Shown in pieces: positions 13,190-23,501 of a stretch of 35,054 nt of DNA (positions are counted from its first letter, which is position 1; each line of letters starts with the position of its first letter). The translations under genes and the position numbers were made by a program. Origin of the DNA: Folioceros fuciformis (taxonomy: Eukaryota). The notes under the pieces are model-generated. The model had not been told where the DNA came from and searched no databases. It worked only from the letters and a program-made list of their open reading frames with translations. The stretch lies in contig JBNGIO010004918.1 of NCBI GenBank assembly GCA_049999805.1, forward strand, positions 1-35,054, in the 5' to 3' direction.

Positions 13190-14250
13190 TGGCCTTAAAA
13201 TCGACAACTACATTTACGTCTTTAAGGCGCTGGCCCTCTGTGTCTCCGAAGTCGTCTCCCTCCACATCCAGAATAGAGAAATACGGGTCGTTCACGGTCT
13301 AAGGCGGAATTGTCCCATTCTCATCCTATACAGTCATAGCATAAAGGTCTTCCGTTGGTCTGTCGTCCACTTGTGAAAGAATCTCTCCTTTTTTTTCCCA
13401 ACGAACTGAATACCTATATTTGACGGTCAACGCTACCATCCGCGCACACTTCTTTGTCCCAAAGCTTCACGGGCCCGTGCGAGAACAGTTCTGTGCTAAT
13501 CTCCTCATCAGAGTCTGGCAAAAAGCCTATGCCATTCACCCACTACATGATCTAAGTGGAGCATCTTATATCGAAATCCACTACAATAGCATGCCTTCCT
13601 CTTTGAAACACAGATTGTGGAAATGACCCAGATCCTGCGCAAGCATCTACTACCCGGTCCCCTTCTACGGAGAACATATTCGCCAACCTACCCATTAAAT
13701 CAAGGGGCTTCTAATACGGTGAGATGACTAGAGAATTTGCGAATAGATGTTTCTTCACCACAGCTCCATGCCTTATAACTCGCAAAAGAAGGAATCCATG
13801 ATCCGCAAATAATGGAGCTTTTGTGTCTTGAGCTTCAGAGTGAACTGCACTTCCAACAGTTAAATACTCAACAGTCTCTACTGCGCCTGCATTGGGAGGT
13901 ATGTTAGTCTTCTCTCACACTAAGGTCTGAATGGTTCCCTTCTTGCACCATGGCCAAAGTGCTTCCCTAGCTTGTGTAATCAGATCCACGCCGTGCATGA
14001 GAACCAACCTATACACATTACTGCCGGTGCATTCTGAAACCTTCGAATCATGTCCTCAAGCTCTTCGCTTGTCATCTACCTATCGTATTCATGTCGTTGC
14101 AGTCCGTGAAGCAAATCTGCAAATAACAGAGTATACGATCATTTTACCATAAATGCTTTCATCTCCAGAATGTTTTCGATGGATAACTTGATAAACAGGT
14201 GAAATTTGCCAGGATACATGTCATGAAACAGGACGAGGGGGCTAGGCCGC
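13190..14250 (-). pseudogene. Decayed beta-class N4-cytosine/N6-adenine DNA methyltransferase (N6_N4_Mtase-like)
   Basis: Manual translation: GKFHLFIKLSIENILEMKAFMVK*SYTLLFADLLHG (motif IV-like, 14120-14103)...frameshift ~14040...IQTLV*EKTN...VEYLTVG...VISPY*KPLDLMGRLANMFSVEGDRVVDACAGSGSFPQSVFQRGRHAIVVDFD (SAM-binding motif I, 13647-13624), then an acidic tail. Confidence 0.8.
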
Positions 14251-14975
14251 TGAAATGCCAAAGGGGGGCCACATGGGAGCAATATTGCTGTATACGAGGC
14301 TATGTGGCAGGATTAGCTGTAAACAAAGGGGTGCAATTATTGTCGACGGGACTGTTTGCAACGCAATGTTAGCGCTGAATGGTGTCTTCTCTTTCACAGA
14401 GAACCTAGGGGAGGAAAGTAGGCCGGTCTACCCCACCCGTGAGGACGGTGTCTCTGGGTATGAGGGCTTCATTTTGATCCTCATGCAATGGACCGTACAA
14501 CCCACACAGCACACAACCTATTGCCTGAATTGGGCTACACGTTCATCTTAGTATAGGGAATGACCCATATAATGAGGGCGTCCGCCATATCACAAGATTA
14601 TTCATAACGATGGGCTAGAGTTCAAGCAGGCCTCGGCCGGCCAGCGCCTGAATGTCTAAAGACCAATAGATACTAGTTTAGCAATCTCATAGCACATGGA
14701 AACGGGGGTGGCCAGTCGGCAACCATTTAGAATTTCGCATGCCATGATCTTCAAACCATAAATACACATAATTAGGCTGGCATATGGGTTTTGCATTCAA
14801 AGGCTTGTGATATAGACTATAGTAAATATCGCTAAGGGTTCTCATTTGATGTTCAAAAGACAAGATGTACCTTGCAATGGCTGCAAACCTCTTCCTAGTT
14901 AAAACAGTTCACACAAGCCTGGCTCAATATCCCTTAGCGCGTGCGAAGGGCTATTTGTGGTGAGCTAACCACGGT

Positions 14976-15982
14976 CACGAAAGTGCTTCCCGCAGATAAA
15001 ATTGAATGATTTAAAAATTGCCCAGTCGTTCCCCAAAAAAGATCTTGCCCTCCACTCTACAATTGACTTTTACCGTCAATGGTCTTCTAAATGAATCATA
15101 GTCATTCATTGTGGCTCCCATCCGTTTCCACATTAGTCGATGCCTTGATCACACCTCCCAGCTCATTCAAGTTTTCTCTTATCCCCTTCTTGTCTGCTGC
15201 ATACAGATGTTTCCGAGCAGTGAGGTGGAAGCCATAGTATAAGATGACAGTGTCACTTAAGAACAACTCTTGTATGTTTTTGGGGTAAACATTCTTCTTG
15301 CGATGACGCTCTCCCCTTCCCTTTCCTTGCATGCCTCCTCCCCTGACAATGAACTCCTCTACACATCTTCCCTCATATGCGTCTGTATGCTCTGTTCTGT
15401 ACCAATGCACAAGAATACTTGGTTGTGGTCCGTCGTTCCGCACATCCTCCACATTCCCTATCCAGAACGATTTGATGTGCATATCCGTGCAACAAGGGGT
15501 TGCGATGAGCATTCCTTTTTGGATTTCACTAATATCGCCATTCACACGCTCCATCTCCTCCTCTTGCTTGCTTGGTCGGCGATATCCTCCCAAGTACATG
15601 TCCCGCGGTGGGAGCTCCCTCAATAGAGCGGAGTCTAGGATGGTGACGTCCGGTACATGCAGGGGTATAGCTATGTCAGCGGTTGCCTCTCAGGAAAACC
15701 AAATCCAAGGACTCCGGAGAGGCAAAACTTGCTTGTCTAAAAGTGTGTGTGCTATCTCCTCCTAGTGTCGCTAGAACTCCATTTGCGAGGCCTTCTCTCA
15801 GATGCACAAGTCCCTCAACTGAATTCAAGGCGCCTTCTATGCCTCTCTTGTCCCTTGGAAGGATTGAAGAGGAGCTGCAATAATATTCAGCGATGGGGCG
15901 AATTTGAGAAATTCTAACCCCCCTTCCGTCTCCTACATGCCCGATGTTGCATTCGATTTTATTTACGGGAAGCACTTTCGTG
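14976..15982. mobile_element. 1007-bp segment bounded by 33-bp terminal inverted repeats (non-autonomous DNA transposon-like)
   Basis: cacgaaagtgcttcccgcagataaaattgaatg (14976-15008) matches the reverse complement of 15950-15982 at 30/33. No target-site duplication is visible. Confidence 0.75.
15102..15800 (-). pseudogene. C-terminal fragment of a probable transposon-encoded protein inside the TIR-bounded segment
   Basis: ORF 15623-15102 (KGMLIA...FWIGNV...ILVHWY...YEG...ILYYGFHLT) extends upstream in frame through a few stops (MEF*RH*EEIAH...WFS*EATADI). Confidence 0.55.
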
Positions 15983-16095
15983 CTGTCAACATGTACTTTT
16001 GGGGGTACACATAGCTTTTGCTCCGATGCTTTGACATCTTCGCGCACTCTGCTTCGAGACGGTCTCTATGCGCATCCACAGTAGCTTGATATTTC

Positions 16096-16266
16096 TGTAA
16101 CTAAGTTGGCTTGAGTGGAAGCTAGTTGGAAAACTACTTTATTAATAAAAGTAAAATCAATACAATACAATAGATTGCTTAAATACCAAAAGTCGGTAAC
16201 GGTTCACTAATGCCTATTTATCAAAAAGATTAAATAAGGTAGTTAATGTTTATACTTATTTTAACA
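16096..16266 (-). repeat. 3' LTR of the Copia element (171 bp)
   Basis: 169/171 identical to 22124-22294; preceded on the minus strand by the polypurine tract GAGGGGG (16273-16267). Confidence 0.97.
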
Positions 16267-17044
16267 CCCCCTCGTAAACTTAAAGCACTTGAAATAAGGA
16301 AAATGAAAAATAAATGGATAACGCAATGACCACACGCTGGTTAGATCACGGTATCGCGAGGCTGGCCAATGGTGAACGTTTGGTACAGATTGCGAAAACG
16401 GCCATGAACGCGCAGAAGCAAAACATAGGCAACCGGTCGCGATCGACCAGTCCCAAGACGGGATCTTGCAGCCCCGCCACGTGTCGCTGGCTGCTTGGCA
16501 ATCGGCATGGCTGGATACGAATGGTGAGAAGCAACAATGGCGATGGGTGGCTGGTGTCGAGGCGCCCGCTCTGTCCAGGCGCGCAGCCATGGCGCTTGCG
16601 CTGTCCAAGAGCGTGGCCATGGTGCCCGTGCTGTGGCAAGACGGGCTTGCGCCCGGGTTGTGCAGGCGCACGGCCTGGATGCCCGCGCTGGCCAGGCGCA
16701 CTGTGCACTGTGTCCAAGCGTGCTGTTTGTTTGGCTGGCCCCTCTTCCCCAACGGGCGCAATGTTGTCCAGATTGAGGCGTCCAGATCTGGCCTGGAAAA
16801 CAAGAGCTGGTGTGAGCTGTGCGTCGGCAACGAGAGGAAGGCTGTGGAGGCGTGAAAGCTAGCAAGCAGGCCGGCGATTGGGTAAGGACTGTGAGCTTCA
16901 TCCACCGGGTGTTGCTGCCTCCAGAGCTGTGAGAAAATAAGCTTGAGTTGTGCAGATCATCCGAGAAGCATGCTGGAACGGAGCCGGACTGTGAGGGCGG
17001 CAGCATGAAGGAAACGCCCCCTCGTAATCAGACAGGAGGGAAGA

Positions 17045-20000
17045 TCAATGATCGAAGTAGGGTGAGAAATCGTGAAGCCCCAAGCCGGCCATGTGAAAAT
17101 AATGTCGATGCTTGGGCAATCCTTTGGTGAGGATATCTGCTGTATTCTCGTCTGTCCCCACATAGCTGACCTTGATAACCCCTCGTTCCACAGCGTCTCG
17201 AATATAGTGATGCTGCGTTTCAATATGTTTTGTACGTGCTTGATATTTGGGATTGGCCACTAACTCCAAAGCAGACATGTTGTCACAGAGTATCTGCGTT
17301 GGCTGGAATTGGGTTTGGTCGATGCCGGAGAGGAAGTTGCGATCCCATTCAGCCTCCTTCGAAGCCTCCGTTAAAGATTTGTATTCAGCTTCGGTGGAAC
17401 TGAGTGCAACAGAAGTTTGTTTCTTCGAACACCATGTAGCATAAGGTGTTGATGCAGGTCGGGCTTGGTCAAGGTTGAATTTTCGTAAAATTTTATTTAC
17501 ATATTTAAACTGATGTATGATCAATTTGCCTTCTGATCTAACCCTGAGTAACTGTATGCCCAAGCAGAAACGTAACTCGCCGATGTCCTTCATATCAAAC
17601 CGAGCAGTGAGCTGTTGTTTGACATGAGATAATAAGTCCTGATCATTGGTGGCCAAGATGACATCGTCGACATAAAGTGCCAAGACGACCACAGATGGAC
17701 CCTTGGTAAGCTTATACACATTAGTGTCTGCTGGGTTTTGTATAAAATCAATACTGATTAAGAATTGATGCATGGTAAAATACCATACGCGTCCACTTTG
17801 CTTTAAGCCGTAAATACATTTTAAAAGCTTAAGGACTTTATGTGGGTATTTCTGATCTTCGTATGCCTCTGGCTGTAACATGTACAGTTCATAATCAAGT
17901 TTGCCATACAAGTAGGCTGTGCACACATCCATCTGTTGAAGATCTAAGTCGAATTCAGTAGCGTAAGCCAATAGGATCCGTATGGACTGGGATCTGACTA
18001 CTGGAGAGAATGTCTCTTGGTAGTCAATTCCCTCCACCTGTGTGAAGCCACGCGCAACTAGACGTGCCTTGTAACGTGCAACTTCACCCTTTGCATTTAG
18101 TTTCAATTTAAATACCCATTTGCATGAAATAGCTTTTCGGCCAGGTGGCAAATCAGTTAAGACCCATGTTTGATTTTTTACCAGGGATTGATATTCATCT
18201 TCTACAGCGGCCTTCCACTGCATGCTTTGAGGACCAGTAAAGGCTTGGGTGAGGGATGTGGGTTCATCTGGCAAGGAGTCTTTAACAGCAAGATGGGATC
18301 TAAAATCTATTGACTGATAAGGGGGCTCCTCCCATTCTGCAGGTGGTGCATGGTGACGTGTGGAACGTCTAAGGGCAGGGGCAGGCACATCCGCAATAGG
18401 TGGGTCATCAATAACATGCGGAGCATCATGCGCATCCTGAACAGGTAGGTCATCACGTACATCAGGAACAGGCAAAACCACATCATGCTCTTCAGCAAGT
18501 TCCTCTTGTACTGGATGTTGATGTTCGGGATCGTCATGTGGGATGGGAGGATTAGGGATATCTAACCCATCTCCTGCTAGGGAAATTGCAGGATGGTTGG
18601 GTTCATCCGCATTAGGGTCATCAAGGGGATAATCTGCTGCTTCAGCCGTAGAGGTATCTGTCTCAGTATCCACTTGTATATCATCTGATGTGGCTGGTGA
18701 ACTTCTTTCTAGAAATGTCACACTACGTGCCAATACAATATCTCCTTTATCAGGATTATATAGCTTGTATGCTTTAGCTTGTTCGCTGTAGCCTACAAAG
18801 ATGAGAGCCTTTGCCCTAGGGTCAAGTTTCTTACGTTTCTTAGCAAGTATAAGAGCAAAAGCCTTAGATCCAAAAACTCTTAGATGTGCTAAACTTGGTT
18901 TCTTATGCCAGAATGCCTCATAAGGTGTCATGTGTGGGACTGAACTTGTAATAATCCTGTTCAGGATATAGGTAGCTGTAACAACAGCCTCGGCCCAATA
19001 TCCTTGAGGTAAGCCTGCCCACAATAGCATGCTCCTGGTCATATTAAGTACAGTCTGATGGTTTCGTTCTGAGACACCATTTTATTGAGGTGTGTAGGGC
19101 ACAGTCAATTGCCTGAGGACACCAGCTTCTTGAAGGAAGGAGTCAAAAGATGGATTGACAAATTCGGTACCATTGTCAGTTCTTAATATTTTAAGCAGTT
19201 GTCCTGATTGCCTTTGAGCCGTATGAAACCAGTCCTTGAAGAAACTAAATGTGTCACTTTTATATTGCATTGGGTATGTCCATGTATAGCGGCTATAATC
19301 ATCTGTTAGGGAAAAAAAGTATTTTGAGCCTCCCAGGGAAGGTTCACTGATTTTTCCTGATATGTCCGCATGTACTAACCCAAGTGGATGTGTTGCCCTA
19401 TGTGAAGAAGCACTTGGAAAAGGAAATTCCTTTTGCTTTGCTAAGATGCATGTTTCACAAATGGGTAAGTGTTTGAAGCACTTTGGAAGGGGTTCCTTAT
19501 GACATTCCGTAACAGACATGTCAATTAGCTTAGACCTGTTGACATGCCCTAATCTAGCATGCCATAAGATGGCTTCCTTTGCTGAACTTGACTGAGATTC
19601 TCCTGCTGAATAAGCTGAATGTTGTGCATCAGCTGCTGGTTGACAAGTAACGTCTAATCTGTAGAGGTCTTGTACAGGTAGTCCTTGAAATACACATGTG
19701 CCAGGAGAAGATCGTCGATAAAAACAGCAATGCTCATGATCTGCCCGTAGATTGAAGAGCTGTAGATGCATGAGCTGGCTTAAAGACATAAGATTTTTAG
19801 CCATAGTTGGGACGAGAAGGACATCCTCAAGGAGCAGGGTTGTTCTGTCATGGAGACTGAAAATACAGGTACCTTTTCCCTGTATTTGCAAGCTAGTTTT
19901 GCTTTGTTCATCTCCTAACAAGACCTTATCACTTCCTGATACAAGTTGTAGAGTGGTGAACAAGCTTCTATCCTTGCAGATATGTGTGGTAGCTCCGGAA

Positions 20001-21073
20001 TCGAGATACCAACAACCGCCATCATTCAGAGAACTTGACAAGCACACTGTGAGTATCTTCACCTGTGCTTTCGATCCTCCTGATGCTTCTTTGACTACAA
20101 GACTAGCAGCCTGTTTAGGATGTTTTTGAGGTTCACCTGCCCGCTTCTTACGGCATTCCTTTGCCCAATGTCCAGGAATTCCACACCAATTGCAATTGCC
20201 AGGACATTTGGCAGTTGATTGAGTGTCGCCTCGTTGACCAGGTGAAGAGCTGCCTTTGAATTTTCCTTTGCCCTTGAATGGTGGGCCTTTCCGAAAATTC
20301 GATGCAAACACCTTTCCTGATCTGTTCTTGGATGATCCAAAAGTAAAGGTGCGACTTTGCTCCTCTTGAAACAACGCACCGATTACCTCTTTCAAAGTAA
20401 CGGTCGTGGTTGCACCAGATGAAGAGGCAGTTACAGCAGCTCTAAGGGGACCATTCTGGCTGGTCACAAAAGTCTGATATGATGGGGGAAGAGTGGTGAG
20501 AAACTGCGCCACTGCATCTACTTCTGACATCTTGTCGCCAGTCAACGAGGTGAGCTGAGCCCTAAGATGTCGAAACTTGGTAGTGTGCGCTACCACTTTG
20601 TCCCCCTCTTTCATTTTGAGTGTAAAAAACTCTTGTCTGACTGCGCATAGCGTCATTAAATTTTGTACTTTATATGTTTTCTCCAGATGATTCCAGGTCT
20701 CACTAGCTGAGTTATAGAACTCAATGTCAGGGACAAGATCTGCATCAAGCCCACTGATAAGAACTGCTACGGCAATTGCATTGTGTTGGTTCCACTTGGC
20801 TATGTCATCAGGAGTTGGAGCCGGGGAAGCCGTGGGATCAGGTTTAGGGTATGATCCATCCACAGTACCCCACACACCACGTGCCAGCAGGGTGGCCTTC
20901 ATTCTGACACGCCAGGTGGAATAGCCGTCCCCCTTGAACCTATCCTTTTCACGTAGTTCTGATGTAAAGGTTGGGGTAGCAGTTGTAGCCAAGAGGGCTG
21001 ATGGTGATGGTGGAATTAATGACAGATTCTGAAAACTGCTAATCAGTGTGTTTAATTGTGCTGCAGTGAACAT
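17045..21073 (-). pseudogene. Copia gag-pol polyprotein with one in-frame nonsense codon and an internal RT/RNase H deletion
   Basis: Gag YSTWRVRMKATL, zinc knuckle CNWCGIPGHWAKEC, protease WYLDSGATTH, WHARLGH/CETC, integrase LVHAD...LRTDNGTEF...YTPQ*NGVSER (TAA 19084-19082), RT YKARLVARGF and LYVDD, RNase H SSTEAEY...CDN...ADILTK. The two ORFs are in the same frame. Confidence 0.93.
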
Positions 21074-22111
21074 GAACGCACCTAGAAGGACAGTATGGGG
21101 TTATGACCCAACCGTAGCAACTAGGTGTATGCGTACAAAGCATACGTCTACTAAAAGAAAAGACTGCTCTTAGTATGTGAGAAAGGAAGGTTGGGGGGTT
21201 TCACGAGGGAAGGGAAATAACCCGGAGTTACACCCCGCTCACGCCAAATTCCCCCACTTTCCTTTCAAAACAACTTAAGAGCAATAATAACCAAGAAAAT
21301 ATTAAACACACTAAAGATAGGAAACGACACAAAGTGCACCTCTTCATTCAAAAGAAAAAAAAAAGGAGCCGACTGATACTAACCGCTCATGTCCCTTGGG
21401 TGTGCAGACCTGGACCAATGAGGTAGCGCGCCAGGTTCTTTGGTGAAGAGGCGTGACGGAAGAGGCGCCGTTTCAAATCAGGAGCCGGTCAGTGTCGGAT
21501 TGCTCCTACGCCTCAGCCCGCCACCGCGCTACAGCAATCGCTTCAAGATTGTGGTGGGGATGAGGGTGAGGCCAGTCTCTCGTGTTGGAGTTACTCCGCA
21601 GTGGCGAGATGATCAACCAGTTGCCCTTGAGTAATGAGGATGCGCGACAGGAGAATCTCGCCCCGATCCAATGTTGATTGCAATTTCTTCGAGATGCATC
21701 TGAACTCCGATCTGTGGATAGCCGTCGCTCCTTCCCGCTGACCAAAAGTGGTGTGTGTTGGATCAGATTGGTGCAGGACGGGAGATGGTTGAACAGCGTC
21801 TGATGCCGGCAAGCAATCAAGGTTGGGAACCGGTGATCGGTGGTAAGTTGGAGTCGGGCCTCCTCCACAGACACATCCACGGCGAGAGCCGCTAGCTGTC
21901 GTCTTTGCGATGGGAAAGCGGTCGGGATGTTGGGGCCGATATCCGGATTGTGCACGGCTGTATGAAGTGAGTACCGCGTCTAGTAACGGAGGAACTCCAC
22001 ATCTCAGCGCGCGTTTGTCTTGGTAGCCATACCGTAGGGACTCCCCTTGATGAGTTCTCCTATGGTAGGCTCCCCGTCGCGGCATCGCTCATGTACAGGA
22101 TCCAGAGCAAA

Positions 22112-22123
22112 GCTCTGATACCA
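22112..22123 (-). other. Primer-binding site complementary to the initiator tRNA-Met 3' end
   Basis: TGGTATCAGAGC on the minus strand, directly inside the 5' LTR. Confidence 0.95.
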
Positions 22124-22294
22124 TGTAACTAAGTTGGCTTGAGCGGAAGCTAGTTGGAAAACTACTTTATTAATAAAAGTAAAATCAATACAATACAATA
22201 GATTGCTTAAATACCAAAAGTCGGTGACGGTTCACTAATGCCTATTTATCAAAAAGATTAAATAAGGTAGTTAATGTTTATACTTATTTTAACA
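22124..22294 (-). repeat. 5' LTR of the Copia element (171 bp)
   Basis: Differs from 16096-16266 at two positions only; adjacent to the PBS and the TSD. Confidence 0.97.
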
Positions 22295-23380
22295 ATTTCT
22301 CTGCATATAGTATTCACGACATGACAGTTAGCGATAATCTCGACTCACTGATAATATACAACGTCACTCTTTGGTGAACAGATGCACCGCCATCACGCAC
22401 TTTTAGGGTTCAGCCACAACAACTACGCTAAGTATCACTACGTTTGATAGCGGGCCATAATCACTTAGGGCGCCGGCTAGCCGGCGTCGTCACACTACTG
22501 ACTTGACTCTATGCATTGTATGCTGGCAAGAGACAGAAGCTCACTATGAAGTGTACACTTTTGTTTGCCGTATGCACGGCCATTCCTGGCAAGATGACAA
22601 CACCATAGATGGAAGAAATTTAGAGCACATGTTGTGTCCCTCACCTTGTTCGACCTTCGATTGGGTGTTCTTAATCGTCGCCTTCAAGCGAGCACACAAT
22701 GCACAGTGGAGAAGCGGTTTGACTTTGGAATCTTCACTCGACTAAAGTTCACCTTCCGCAACTTCAAGAACAATTGGTAAGTTATACAGGGAATTTGTGC
22801 CCGATCACAATGCCTTCTATACTGGCTCCATATCTCTAGTTTTGTATACGTGTCTGGTAAATTGTATACTTCCACATTTGGTAGCCTTTCTGCCAATACC
22901 AAGAAAGCATTGTTCATCCAGGCTATGGCATTCTCACTTGATGATCCACTACGAGCCGGATTACTTCTAACATTATACTAGAGCGCGTTCTCGAGAACTC
23001 GACCCTTCAGCTCCTCATACCTCTTGTGACCCAAGGAAAACACTCGTCGAAAAGCCCGTAAGCAGCATTGTATAGGCTCATGTCCTCTCAGATGGGTGCT
23101 GACCTTAAAAGGCTCGCCGTGGGCTGTTTCTACTTTCAGCAAAGATCCTAAAAATGTCTCCTGCTCTTGCCGGCACATCTTGAGGAATCTGTACCTTTGC
23201 TCTTGAAATGTTTCCTTCGTCAACCGCATCACGCATATTTGGTTGCAACAGTATTTTTTGAAGTCCAAAGTAATCGCTATTCCTTTGCTTTTGTGTAATG
23301 GAACGCCACTACTGCATCTATGTTGATGCAGGCATGTGTGATGAGACATCTCCCTTAGACTCTCACTCATTGGCTTGCCT

Positions 23381-23501
23381 TGATATGCTCTAGGGGGGGC
23401 TTTTGTAAATGGCTCGTCACTTGCATCATCCATGACGGCAAGCCAATGATATGCTCTAAGAGGGGCTTGTGTAAATGGCTCGTCGCTTGCATCATCCATG
23501 A
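23381..23501. repeat. Two-copy 66-bp-period duplication inside the transposase-like ORF
   Basis: Encodes MDDASDEPFTQAPLRAYH and MDDASDEPFTKAPPRAYQ on the minus strand. Confidence 0.9.

Larger units (their letters stand above)
16096..22294 (-). mobile_element. Ty1/Copia LTR retrotransposon, 6199 bp, structurally complete but coding-defective
   Basis: Two 171-bp TG...CA LTRs, 5-bp TSD ATTTC (16091-16095 and 22295-22299), PBS, PPT, and gag-PR-INT-RT-RH domain order. Confidence 0.97.

Noticed and set aside
13956-13967. aaagtgcttccc matching part of the TIR at 14980-14991
   Set aside because: A 12-mer inside the methyltransferase coding frame, without the CACG terminus; compatible with chance.
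19082-19084. TAA in the Copia integrase as programmed readthrough or a U-to-C editing site
   Set aside because: It lies mid-integrase at a conserved Gln (PQQNG), so a simple CAA>TAA mutation explains it. U-to-C editing is known only for organellar transcripts.
21410-22085. Upstream 164-aa ORF as a true N-terminal extension spliced onto gag
   Set aside because: The frame matches after the candidate splice, but four stops lie in between. That is too many for an element whose LTRs differ at only 2 sites.
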